DNA of 64,000 bases from an uncultured Actinomycetota bacterium (GCA_963750445.1 CAVVQR010000017.1:116016-180015), one strand, 5' to 3'. Shown: positions 8,527 through 17,288, numbered from the stretch's first letter. Translations and numbers: made by a program. The notes: generated by a model from the letters alone, not told the origin.

Positions 8527-9255
8527 TCAGGCAGGGACGGTGGCCGTACGCCCGCGACGGAGCGTCAGGTAGAGGCTCAGGGCGACGTAGTAGACGACGT
8601 AGGCCACCGAGATGGTGAGCCAGACCGGGCTCGGGTCGGGAAGCTGGGTGAGGAGGACCGCGTAGCCGACCAGCCAGAGGCAGGTCAGCACGAGCGTGGG
8701 GATCTGCAACGTGGCCGTGCGCGAGGGGTAGACGTAGCCGATCGGCACGAAGACGAGTGCCGCGCACACCAGCAGGGTGACGGCCACCGCTGCCGGCTCG
8801 AGGTCGAGGACCACGACGTAGAAGGCGGCGATGTTCCAGTAGCTCGGGAATCCGAGGAACAGGTGGTCGTCGGTCTTCGCGTCGACCCGGCAGAACTGGT
8901 AGGCCGAGGCGAGCAGCGGGATCACCGCCAGCACCGTCGCCGAGGTGCCCTCGCCGAGGTAGCCCGCGCTCCACAGCAGCACCATCGGCATGAAGGCGTA
9001 GGTGATGTAGTCGACGATGTTGTCGAGCAGCGCGCCGTCGAACCACGGCACGTGCCGCTTCACCTCGATCCAGCGGGCGAGCATGCCGTCGGTGCCGTCC
9101 ACGACCATGGCCGCCAGGAACAGCCAGAGCCCGCGGACCGTGTCGCCCTCCATCACGGCGATGACGGTGAGGAAGGCCAGCACGACTCCCGACGCGGTGT
9201 AGGCGTGCACCAGCCAGGAGGCGAGGCTGTGTCGGTAGTGGGTGGGATCGGGCAC
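8527..9255 (-). CDS. pcs: Phosphatidylcholine synthase-like CDP-alcohol phosphatidyltransferase
   Basis: VHAYTASG, DGTDGMLAR...DGALLDNIVDY, YQFCRVDAKTDDH.FLGFPSYWN are Pcs-type signatures. Confidence 0.75.
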   Translation of the reverse strand: MPDPTHYRHSLASWLVHAYTASGVVLAFLTVIAVMEGDTVRGLWLFLAAMVVDGTDGMLARWIEVKRHVPWFDGALLDNIVDYITYAFMPMVLLWSAGYLGEGTSATVLAVIPLLASAYQFCRVDAKTDDHLFLGFPSYWNIAAFYVVVLDLEPAAVAVTLLVCAALVFVPIGYVYPSRTATLQIPTLVLTCLWLVGYAVLLTQLPDPSPVWLTISVAYVVYYVALSLYLTLRRGRTATVPA

Positions 9256-9320
9256 GCGACTCCTTGGTCGGACGGGTCCTGCTGCGCATGGATCGTGTCA
9301 GACGGAGGTTTCGTGCGGAC

Positions 9321-9346
9321 GCAACCTCCCGCGGTGCCTGTGCGTC
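9321..9346 (+). promoter_or_regulatory. Putative ECF sigma promoter (AACC-N16-CGTC)
   Basis: GCAACC tcccgcggtgcctgtg CGTC upstream of a secreted-protein gene. Confidence 0.35.
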
Positions 9347-9392
9347 CTCTCTTTGTACCCGACAATCGGGGCAAGGACACAAAGGAATCAAC

Positions 9393-9938
9393 ATGCGCAG
9401 CACCATCCTCGGTGCCGCGGCCCTGTCGGTCGCGGCCCTCACCCTGAGCCAGCTCTCCCCGGCGAGCGCCGATGGCATCGGCGTCTCGGACCCGAAGGAC
9501 CTCGACCACGGGGTCGACCTCCGCTCGGTCACCGTCGACCACGGTGGCAAGAACGTCGTGATCACGACGACCCACACCGACCTCGTCGAGTCGTTCCGCA
9601 GCGGTTCGTCGGGCGCGGTGTTCATCGACACCGACCCCGACGACCCCGGCCCGGAGTACGTCTTCGCCGGCGGCTTCTTCGTCGGCACCGACTACAACCT
9701 CGTGGAGACCGACGGCTTCTCCCGTTCGGCCATGGGCGAGCCCGTCGAGGGGTCCTACCGGATGAAGGTCGACTACGACCAGGAGACCGTGCGGTTCAGG
9801 ATCGCTCGCGACGCCATCGGCTCGCCGGAGCAGGTGCGGGTCGCCGTACGCGTTGCCGGCACGAAGCCCAACGGCAAGGACACCAGGCGCGACTGGCTCG
9901 GCGCCCCCCGCAGCTTCACCGACTGGGTGGCCGGCTGA
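9393..9938 (+). CDS. Secreted hypothetical protein
   Basis: AAAGGA RBS; signal peptide MRSTILGAAALSVAALTLSQLSPASA; beta-rich body with FIDTD motif. Confidence 0.75.
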   Translation: MRSTILGAAALSVAALTLSQLSPASADGIGVSDPKDLDHGVDLRSVTVDHGGKNVVITTTHTDLVESFRSGSSGAVFIDTDPDDPGPEYVFAGGFFVGTDYNLVETDGFSRSAMGEPVEGSYRMKVDYDQETVRFRIARDAIGSPEQVRVAVRVAGTKPNGKDTRRDWLGAPRSFTDWVAG

Positions 9939-9951
9939 CGTCGCGGGCGGG

Positions 9952-10293
9952 CTACATGACGACGCGGACCTCCTGGGGCCACCCGCAGCCCTCGGCCACC
10001 TTGGCGGCCCACTCCCGGGCCTCCTCGAGGGTGGCGACCTCGATGACGGTGATGCCGCCGAGCTGCTCGGTCGTCTCCGTGTAGGGGCCGTCGGTGACGA
10101 CCACCTCGCCGCTCGTGCCGTCGGCGCTGAACGCCTGGGTCATGTCCTCCACGAGGCCGCCGGCGAAGACGAGCACCCCCGCGGCCTCCATCTCGGCGAC
10201 GACCGCCGTGGACGGCTCGACGCGGCTGAGGAACCACTCCTCGGGGTGGTCGCCGACCCACTGCTGGTGGAAATAGATCGCGTACTTGGTCAT
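9952..10293 (-). CDS. YciI/DGPF-domain protein
   Basis: VTDGPYTETTEQLGG, EEAREWA, EVR; GAGGAG RBS. Confidence 0.88.
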   Translation of the reverse strand: MTKYAIYFHQQWVGDHPEEWFLSRVEPSTAVVAEMEAAGVLVFAGGLVEDMTQAFSADGTSGEVVVTDGPYTETTEQLGGITVIEVATLEEAREWAAKVAEGCGWPQEVRVVM

Positions 10294-10341
10294 CGAGGCT
10301 CCTCCTCGCACGGGCCGCCCGGTGCGGCCCTCCACCACTGT

Positions 10342-10368
10342 GACGGATGAGGGGCGTCGGGATCGACA
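10342..10368 (-). promoter_or_regulatory. Putative ECF promoter of yciI (TGTCGA-N17-CGTC)
   Basis: Minus strand TGTCGA tcccgacgcccctcatc CGTC; this motif type often precedes DGPF genes. Confidence 0.45.
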
Positions 10369-10559
10369 GTCGTCCCTGGTCGAACGGGTGCGTCATGGTG
10401 CCGTGCTCCCGGGTCTGCGGACGTCCGGCGGCAGACGAAGCGCATGGATCGCCACCCTTCTGGGAACATCGCATCATGGTGGTCGGCAGCCCAGGGATGT
10501 CGTCCTCCTAGGTCCCATGGCTCAAGAAGCGGGCCATGGGACCGCCCCACCTCCGGGGC

Positions 10560-10585
10560 GAATGGTCCTCCGCGTCCCGGGGTAC
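10560..10585 (+). promoter_or_regulatory. Putative SigF/SigB-type stress promoter (GAAT-N16-GGGTAC)
   Basis: GAAT 10560-10563, GGGTAC 10580-10585, ATG 8 nt downstream (leaderless geometry). Confidence 0.45.
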
Positions 10586-10593
10586 TGGGATCC

Positions 10594-10671
10594 ATGGTCC
10601 GAACCACAGCACCTTCAGCTCGACACCTCGACGCGGCGACCCAGGCTCGCGACTGGTGGGCGGCATCATGA
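10594..10671 (+). CDS. Putative 25-aa leaderless peptide MVRTTAPSARHLDAATQARDWWAAS
   Basis: Starts 8 nt after GGGTAC; stop overlaps the next gene's start (ATGA). Confidence 0.35.
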   Translation: MVRTTAPSARHLDAATQARDWWAAS

Positions 10672-11639
10672 GGATGCCCAAGCCTCGCGGGCCGCTGAGC
10701 GAGTGGACGGTCGCCCGGCTGGCCGACGGCTCCGCGAGCGAACCGTGCGGTGCGGCACCGCCGGCCGGATCGGTCGAGGACGAGTCGCTCGCCCTCTGGG
10801 TCCTGCACGAGCTCTCCTACCGGGGCTTCGAGGACGCCACCGACCGGGGGGAGTGGGACCCCGTGCTGCTGGCGGTGCGCGCCGACCTGGAGGAGGCGTT
10901 CGAGGCTCGTCTGCGCTCGCGGTGGGACCATGCGCCGACCGCTGGTGACCCGGTGCCCGACGCGTCCGGCGTACCCGCCGCCCTGGAGGCGCTGGTCGCC
11001 GCGGACGACGGGCCCTCGCTCGCCAACCACGTACGCCGCCACGCGACGACCGAGCAGGTCCTGGAGATGCTGCGGCAACGCTCGGTCTACCAGCTCAAGG
11101 AGGCCGACCCGACGACCTGGGTGATCCCCAGGCTTCCGCTCCGGGCCAAGGCGGCGCTCGTCGAGCTGCAGTACGACGAGTACGGCGACGGCGACCCCAA
11201 CCGGCTCCACGCGCACCTCTTCGCGCGAGGCATGGAGGCGGTCGGGCTGCGGTCCGACTACGGCGCCTACGTGGACGACGCGCTGCCGGAGACGCTGGAG
11301 CTCAACAACGCCCTCACCATGTTCGGCCTCCACCGCCGCCTTCGGGGTGCCGCCATGGGTCATCTGGCGGCCTTCGAGATGACCAGCTCGCTGCCGGCCC
11401 GCAAGATCGCGCAGGGCCTGGATCGACTCGAGCTCGATGGCGCGATGGTCGACTACTACGACGAGCACGTGGAGGCGGACGCGGTCCACGAGGTGCTCGC
11501 CGCCCATGGCATCTGCGGGACCCTGGCCGAGGACGAGCCGGAGCAGGCCGGGCAGATCATCTTCGGGGCGTTCACGTGCCTCGACCTGGAGGCGCGGGTC
11601 GCTCGGGCCCTGCTGGGGACCTGGGGGGTCGCGGCGTGA
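10668..11639 (+). CDS. Iron-containing redox enzyme (heme-oxygenase-like diiron oxidase, HDO)
   Basis: LKEADP, DEYGDGDPNRLHAHLF, AFEMTS, YYDEHVEADAVH metal-ligand pattern. Confidence 0.85.
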   Translation: MRMPKPRGPLSEWTVARLADGSASEPCGAAPPAGSVEDESLALWVLHELSYRGFEDATDRGEWDPVLLAVRADLEEAFEARLRSRWDHAPTAGDPVPDASGVPAALEALVAADDGPSLANHVRRHATTEQVLEMLRQRSVYQLKEADPTTWVIPRLPLRAKAALVELQYDEYGDGDPNRLHAHLFARGMEAVGLRSDYGAYVDDALPETLELNNALTMFGLHRRLRGAAMGHLAAFEMTSSLPARKIAQGLDRLELDGAMVDYYDEHVEADAVHEVLAAHGICGTLAEDEPEQAGQIIFGAFTCLDLEARVARALLGTWGVAA

Positions 11640-11848
11640 GCGACGACGTCGACCTCGACCACCCGGACGTGATCATCCAGCCCAACGGCCCGATGCTCGT
11701 CCGCGGGGCGAGCTCCGTGCAGGACGCCGACGGCACGGTCCACCAGGTACGACGTCCCGTGGTGGCCCTGTGCCGGTGTGAGAAGTCGAGCCGGTTGCCC
11801 TGGTGCGACAACACCCACAAGGTCATCCCGCAGCAACCGGCGCGCTGA
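11636..11848 (+). CDS. CDGSH iron-sulfur domain protein
   Basis: PNGPMLVRG...LCRCEKSSRLPWCDNTHK; GTGA overlap with the HDO gene. Confidence 0.9.
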   Translation: MSDDVDLDHPDVIIQPNGPMLVRGASSVQDADGTVHQVRRPVVALCRCEKSSRLPWCDNTHKVIPQQPAR

Positions 11849-11855
11849 CGGGGAG

Positions 11856-12500
11856 CTACTTCGATGCCTCGTCGACGAGCGCGTCGAACGTCGCGCGAAG
11901 AGCGGGCCTGGTCGCCGCTCCTCGACTCGCTGCCTCGGTGAGCCGCTCGGCCAGGTCGCGCACCTTGACGTTCCTGACCTGCGACCACCAGCGAAGCATC
12001 TCGAAGGCCTGGTCCGCGTCGAGTCCGTAGGCGACCATCAGGCCGCCGACGGCCCGTTCGATGGTGGCACGGTGCTGCGCCGAGGCCGTCACCGCCTGGC
12101 GAGCCATCTCTGCGCCCTCGTGGCGGAGGTCCTCGGTCAGGTCGACGACGTGGCCGGTGATCTCCGCGACGGGTCCGGCGGTCGTGGGTGATGCCGGCTC
12201 GCTGACGATGAGGACCCAGCGATCGACACCGTCTGCGGCGCTCAGTCGGAACGTGAGGTGGAACGGCTCTCCGGTCGTCTCCACGCTGCGCAGGCCCTCC
12301 GACACGCGGGCTCGAACCTCGGGGTCGGTGCACGACAGCAGGTGCTCGGTCGCGGGTGTGACCGACCAGGGCTCCCGGCCGAGGATCCGGAACATGTCGT
12401 CGTCCCAGTCCCAGGCCCCTGCGACAGTGTCGTAGGAGAACTTCCCCACCCGAGCGGGGTGCGGCGCCCTGACGGTGGTCTCGTGCGGAGCAGCGCTCAC
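11856..12500 (-). CDS. PAS + ANTAR domain protein
   Basis: WDWDDDMFRILG (PAS_3-like); RATIERAVGGLMVAYGLDADQAFEMLRWWSQVRNVKVRDLA (ANTAR). Confidence 0.88.
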   Translation of the reverse strand: MSAAPHETTVRAPHPARVGKFSYDTVAGAWDWDDDMFRILGREPWSVTPATEHLLSCTDPEVRARVSEGLRSVETTGEPFHLTFRLSAADGVDRWVLIVSEPASPTTAGPVAEITGHVVDLTEDLRHEGAEMARQAVTASAQHRATIERAVGGLMVAYGLDADQAFEMLRWWSQVRNVKVRDLAERLTEAASRGAATRPALRATFDALVDEASK

Positions 12501-12513
12501 GTCACCCCTCCTG

Positions 12514-13011
12514 CTACGACGCAGCCGGGACGACGATCACCGGCTCGGACAACCGCCGGAGCTCGTTCAGACCGGACGTCAGCAGCTGGGCGGCCTCGTC
12601 GGGCGTGATGCCCATGAGCTCCGCCGCATCGCTGTGCGTGAATCCACCCAGGGCGCACAGCGCGAGGGCGGCGCGTTGGAGCTGGGCGAGCTGCGCGAGC
12701 CACGCCATCGCGGGCGGCAGGGACGTGAGGCTCGAGGTGTCCCGCATGCCGTGCGCGGTGTGCCAGTACACGTGGCGAGCCAGTGCGGGCGCGGCGTCCT
12801 GCGCCGACGTGACGACATCCGTGCGGACGAGGTCGACCATCCCCAGGGCCACTGCCCGCATCGCCGCTGCCTCGTCGCCCACCAGGGCGCATGCCATGGA
12901 GTAGACGAGCTGGCCGTGGCGGTTCCACACGTCCTCGGCCCATGCCTGCGAGCTGGTCCGACCGGCTGCGGTGGCCAGTGCCGAGCCCAGCTCTAGCTGT
13001 ACGACTGTCAT
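12514..13011 (-). CDS. Degenerate ECF sigma-70-like protein (region 2 remnant plus region 4 HTH)
   Basis: WNRHGQLVYSMACALVGD; LAQLAQLQRAALALCALGGFTHSDAAELMGITPDEAAQLLTSGL; TTGACG-N18-TACCGT promoter upstream. Confidence 0.55.
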   Translation of the reverse strand: MTVVQLELGSALATAAGRTSSQAWAEDVWNRHGQLVYSMACALVGDEAAAMRAVALGMVDLVRTDVVTSAQDAAPALARHVYWHTAHGMRDTSSLTSLPPAMAWLAQLAQLQRAALALCALGGFTHSDAAELMGITPDEAAQLLTSGLNELRRLSEPVIVVPAAS

Positions 13012-13095
13012 GGGGGCCTGCTTCTTTCGAGCGTCGCAGTGGACCTGCGGTGGAGTCACATCACGGTAGGCACCGACCTCGTGCAGCGTCAATGC

Positions 13096-13140
13096 TTTGT
13101 TCAACATTATCACTGAGATAAGTTCAACAAAACATGTACA
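13096..13140. promoter_or_regulatory. AT-rich operator: GTTCAACA direct repeats flanking TTATC-N5-GATAA
   Basis: TCAACA 13101 and 13124, TGTACA 13135 (11-nt spacing for the last two), between divergent sigma-like and MerR genes. Confidence 0.5.
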
Positions 13141-13322
13141 CCATCAAACCGGCGGCGCAGCTGACGGGCGTCCCCGAGGCGTCGTTCCTCCGTGCGTGGG
13201 AGCGCCGCTACGGCGTGTGGGTGCCGCATCGCAGCGAGTCCGGCTACCGCCTGTACGACGAAGAGGCGCTCGCGGTGATCTCCACGATGCGCCGTCTCAT
13301 CGGCGACGGCTGGACGCCCTAG
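13134..13322 (+). pseudogene. Truncated MerR-family (CarH/LitR-like) regulator, HTH only
   Basis: MYTIKPAAQLTGV..LRAWERRYG..P.RSESGYRLYD; stops after 62 aa, 20 nt before the convergent gene, leaving no room for an effector domain. Confidence 0.7.
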
Positions 13323-13342
13323 TCCACCCACCTTCGTCGTGC

Positions 13343-14026
13343 CTATCCGTCGTTGGTCTGCGCGACGAGCTCCTCTGCGACCGCACGGAGCTTGATGTTG
13401 GTGTGTGAGGAGGCGCGGACGAGGAAGGCGAAGGCGCGATCCTCGTTCATCTCGTAGCGTTCCATCAGGATGCCGATGGCCTGGCCGATCACGCGTCGGC
13501 TCTGCAGGCCTTCGTTGAGCTCTTCGCGCTCCTGGGCGTGGCCGAGGGCGATCGCTGCGTGGGTGGCGAAGAGTCGAGCCAGCGCCTGGGCGTCGTCGCT
13601 GACCTGGTCGGAGGTGGTGGAGTAGAAGTTGATGCCGCCGAGGGTCTCGTGGTCGAGGTAGAGCTTCACGGCCATCTGGGAGCGGACACCGGCCTCTCGC
13701 GCCCGGGGCACGTAGCGCGGCCATCGCAGCTCGTCCTGCAGGCTCGACACGGTGACGGTCTCGGTGTCCTGGAGGACCGCCGAGCACGGGCCCTCCTGGA
13801 GCTCGTACTGCATCGCGTCGAGGGGCAGGACGAGGTCACCGGTGAACGCTCGCGTCTCGATGTTGCCCTTCTGCTCCCGCGTGGCGATGCCCACGTGGTC
13901 GAAGCCGGGCACTGAGTTGCAGGCAACCTCGACGATCGTCTGGAGCGTGTCGTCGAGGCTGCGTGGCTTGTTCAGGGTCCGGGCGGCCTCGGCGATGGAC
14001 AGGGCGAAGTCAGATGACGACGACAC
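13343..14026 (-). CDS. GAF + ANTAR domain protein
   Basis: LDAMQYELQEGPC, RWPRY, LGGINFYS (GAF); RRVIGQAIGILMERYEMNEDRAFAFLVRASSHTNIKLRAVA (ANTAR); start approximate. Confidence 0.9.
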   Translation of the reverse strand: MSSSSDFALSIAEAARTLNKPRSLDDTLQTIVEVACNSVPGFDHVGIATREQKGNIETRAFTGDLVLPLDAMQYELQEGPCSAVLQDTETVTVSSLQDELRWPRYVPRAREAGVRSQMAVKLYLDHETLGGINFYSTTSDQVSDDAQALARLFATHAAIALGHAQEREELNEGLQSRRVIGQAIGILMERYEMNEDRAFAFLVRASSHTNIKLRAVAEELVAQTNDG

Positions 14027-14149
14027 GGTGGCTCTCTCTGGCGCAATGGAAGTGAGGCACACAGAGAGGCGCTCATAACGAGACGCTGCAGACCGACCAG
14101 TGGCTCGCGGTTGAGCGCACGGATGACGTCACCGTACTCCCAGGACGCC

Positions 14150-15013
14150 TCACGCGGTCAGGAGCTCGCGCAGCTCGCGGGTCCTGGCGAGGGCGGCGGA
14201 GAGCATCTCGGGTCGCCGGTCGTACCACGCGAGGTGGGCGTCGGTGACGGTGGTGACGGGGACGGTCCGAGCGTCGACCAGCCAGTCGCTCGTGGGGTCG
14301 GCGTCGAGCCCGTGGGCGGCCACGACCTCGGGGAGCAGCGGCGCGTGGATGGAGGACAGCAGCGGGCGGTCGACGGCCGGCGGGCGCGGTGCGAGGCCGA
14401 GGGCCGTTCGCAACCGTGCTGCGACCGGCACCAGCACGGCGTTGCCCGGATGGTTGATCGTTCGCATGGAGTCCGCCGTGGGCGCGGCGAAGAGGTCACT
14501 GACCACGACGGTGCCGTGCCGGTCCTCACGGCGCTCGAGCTCCTCGACCGATGCGGCGGCCACCGCCCGCACGATCGAGGTCGTGAGCGGCAGCGGATCA
14601 CGGGCGGGCCGACCGCACAGGGCGTCGTCGGCGGCGACCAGGGTGCGGACGTCGTGGTACGGCACGACCGGCGGGTCGGGACGTTCGAGGCCCGGCGGGT
14701 GCACCAGCACGTGGAACGGATGCAGGCCGGCGTACCTCAGGCTCGGCACGAGCGCCACCACGGCGCTGGGCGGGAGCAGCGCCTGCAGCTGCCCGGTGCC
14801 GACCGGAAGGCCGCGGTAGTCGTCGGAGGTCGGCTGGGCGACGAGCAGGTCGGTCCGTGGCAGCAGCTGCTGCAGCGCGGCGACGTCCGATGGCGTCAGC
14901 TCGTGCAGGGCAGGGAGCCGCTGCGTCCGCACGTCGTCGGCGTCGAGCAGCAGGCGGAAGGACTCCGCCTGGCAGTTGCCGACGACCAGGAGCAGAGGCC
15001 GGTCGTCACCCAT
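14150..15013 (-). CDS. WcbI-family polysaccharide biosynthesis protein
   Basis: VVGNCQAES, RYAGLHPF, PYHD, TINHPGN. Confidence 0.8.
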   Translation of the reverse strand: MGDDRPLLLVVGNCQAESFRLLLDADDVRTQRLPALHELTPSDVAALQQLLPRTDLLVAQPTSDDYRGLPVGTGQLQALLPPSAVVALVPSLRYAGLHPFHVLVHPPGLERPDPPVVPYHDVRTLVAADDALCGRPARDPLPLTTSIVRAVAAASVEELERREDRHGTVVVSDLFAAPTADSMRTINHPGNAVLVPVAARLRTALGLAPRPPAVDRPLLSSIHAPLLPEVVAAHGLDADPTSDWLVDARTVPVTTVTDAHLAWYDRRPEMLSAALARTRELRELLTA

Positions 15014-16281
15014 CGCTCCACCCGCCCAGCCACGACTCCAGCGTGAGTGCGTCGGTCCAGGGCCGCAGTGCCGTCTCGATCGGCGAGCCCGGGGGCGCGA
15101 GCTCGGGCCGGCCCCACCGCTCGGCCCGTCGCAGCAGGCGCAGGTCGTGCAGCTCGGCCGCCCCCTGCGCGACCTGGGCGCGGGCGGCAGTTCCGTCGAG
15201 GGCGGTGAGCAGGCTGGACCAGGCCGCGGTGTCGCCGGCCAGCCCACGGCGTACGACGAGGTGGAGCCGCGCGCTGTCCGGGACGGGGTCCTCGGACGCG
15301 ATGATCCGCGGGTCACCGCCGACCAGCGCACGGTGCCGCGCCCCGAGCCGGACGGCGGCCCGAGGCACCGCGGCCAGCAGCGAGTCGACGGTCACGAGCA
15401 GCTCGGCATCGGTCAGGTCCACGGCACAGGTCGCCACGAGATCGGCGGGGCCGCGCATCAGTCCGCGCCAGGTGGTCCCGTGGGCCGACGTCCGGTCGGC
15501 GACCGCGATGGTCTCGCGCAGGTGTGCGGCGGGCTGACGGCCACGCACCTGGGCGTCGGGACCGTCGTGCCAGGCGACGGCGTCGGGACGGTGCGCGAGC
15601 AACCCGCCGGCCGTCCATGACCGGTGCGCGAGCTCCCAGTCCTCACCCCCGTAGGAACGGAACGTCTCGTCGAAGCCGCCGATCTCGTCGTACCACCAGC
15701 GGCTGCAGGCGAGGACGGCTCCGATGGCGAAGCGGTGGGCGGTCGCGTCGGCGTCCAGCAGGTCGCGGGTGGCGGCGTAGGCCGTGCGCAGCCAGGCCGG
15801 GTCGGGCAGCTCGAGCTGCGGCGCCACGACCTCGACGGGCGCTTCGGGGTCGGTGCGGGCGAGGTCTGCGTGCTTGCGTCGACCGACGACGAGGACCTCG
15901 GGCAGCGACTCCGGGAGCTCGACCATGCGCTCGACGAACTCGGGCTCCGGGGTCGTGTCGGCGTCGAGGAGCACCAGCGTCTCGCCGGTGGCCGCCGCCA
16001 CGCCGAGGTTGCGGACTGCGGCCACGCGGAAGCCGTCGTCGGCCTGCCGCACGAGGCAGGACGTCGTCCGGGACCGACGGCGCCTGCCGCGACCCGTCGT
16101 CCGCGACGACGATCTGGTCCGGGAGCCGGGTCTGTCGACGCAGCGCTGCCAGTGTCCGGTCGAGCTCGGCCTGCTGCTCGTAGTGCGACAGCACCACGGA
16201 GACGGTGCGCCGGGGTGCGCCGCGCGGGGCGAGGTCCCAGCGGTTGCCGACGACGCTCGAGCCGTAGGGAGGTGTGGTCAC
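15006..16281 (-). CDS. GT2 glycosyltransferase (one frameshift near 16055)
   Basis: N-part VSVVLSHY...IVVADDGS in one frame; RNLG, LLDADT, GGFDETFRSYGGEDWE in the next. Confidence 0.8.
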
Positions 16282-17288
16282 CCGCTCACCGATGCCCACC
16301 AGGCACGGTAGGCGGCGGCCGTGTCGTCGAGGCCGGGCCCGAGGTCCGCGTCCGGCTCCGTCCACGTCGAGAGGGGGCTGAGCAGGGCGGCCTCGAGGGT
16401 CGGGACCAGGGACGAGTCGTCGAAGAGCGTGATCGTGCCGGGCCGCAGGTCGGCCATCTCCCGGGCGTAGGCGCTGTCGCGCACCAGTGGTCGGCGACCG
16501 GCGGCGATCCACGAGTTGAGGCTCCCGGACGCCGACACGTTGCGGTGGGCGACCACCGGAACCGCGACGCGTCTCAGGGCAGGCCGGAGGACGTCCTCCG
16601 GCACCCGGCCCGTGACCTCGACCGGCACGCCACGCGCCCGGCTGGTCCGCAACAGCACGTCGACCTCGTTGTCGTGCCCGGGTGCTGCGCCACCCAGGAC
16701 CCGCACCTGCGCCGGCATGCCGGCCCGGCGCAGGGCCGCTGCGGCGCGGACCACCTGGCGGTGGCCCTTGCCGGGGTAGACGAAGCCGAAGACGCCGAGC
16801 ACGGGAACGGGCTCGGGATCGACAGTGCCCGCCGCTGCATCGCGTGCGCGAAACACCGGGAGCGGGATCACGGCGCCGTGCGGGTCGTCGACGCACCACC
16901 GGCTGACGAGTGCGTGCTCGTGCCACGAGTTGGTGACCCACGCGCGACAGGCGCGGACCATCCGGCCGTACGCAGCAGCGCGCGCTCGGAACACCGGCCC
17001 GTCGGTGGGCTGCGGGACGTCGTGGAGCGTCAAGGTCAGCCGCACGCGTCGGGCGAGCGCCTCGACGGCGGCCGCCGCCTCGTCGGGATCGCGGGACAGC
17101 AGTCGGTCGGTGACGTGGAGGTGCACCGGTTCCCCGGCCGCCAGCTGCGCGACGTCCCGGGCGACCCGCGCACCGGCGGCGCCCGCCACCTCGCCGGCGT
17201 AGCGCGTCACGCCGTGGGTGTCAGGGCCCAGCAACAGGTGATGCGGCGCCGTGAGGACACCAGCAGGACGGGAAGGAGACTGCAGCAC
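16278..17288 (-). CDS. GT4-like (GT-B) glycosyltransferase
   Basis: TLHDVPQ, GVFGFVYPGKGH, NVSASGSLNSWIAAGR; start approximate. Confidence 0.75.
   Translation of the reverse strand: MLQSPSRPAGVLTAPHHLLLGPDTHGVTRYAGEVAGAAGARVARDVAQLAAGEPVHLHVTDRLLSRDPDEAAAAVEALARRVRLTLTLHDVPQPTDGPVFRARAAAYGRMVRACRAWVTNSWHEHALVSRWCVDDPHGAVIPLPVFRARDAAAGTVDPEPVPVLGVFGFVYPGKGHRQVVRAAAALRRAGMPAQVRVLGGAAPGHDNEVDVLLRTSRARGVPVEVTGRVPEDVLRPALRRVAVPVVAHRNVSASGSLNSWIAAGRRPLVRDSAYAREMADLRPGTITLFDDSSLVPTLEAALLSPLSTWTEPDADLGPGLDDTAAAYRAWWASVSG

Noticed and set aside
7091-9688. Very long alternative-frame or antisense ORFs (this 865-aa ORF; also 313-2280, 37295-40135, 42184-44499, 57553-59952)
   Set aside because: Arg/Pro/Gly-rich or antisense shadows of real genes, expected in high-GC DNA; no recognisable motifs
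10290-10445. 51-aa minus-strand ORF (..SQWWRAAPGGPCEEEPR) overlapping the yciI start
   Set aside because: It runs through the putative ECF promoter and RBS of yciI, has no coding features and is probably chance
14027-14150. ANTAR dual-hairpin target upstream of the GAF-ANTAR gene
   Set aside because: No pair of hexaloop stems with the conserved A and G on the sense strand could be identified by eye
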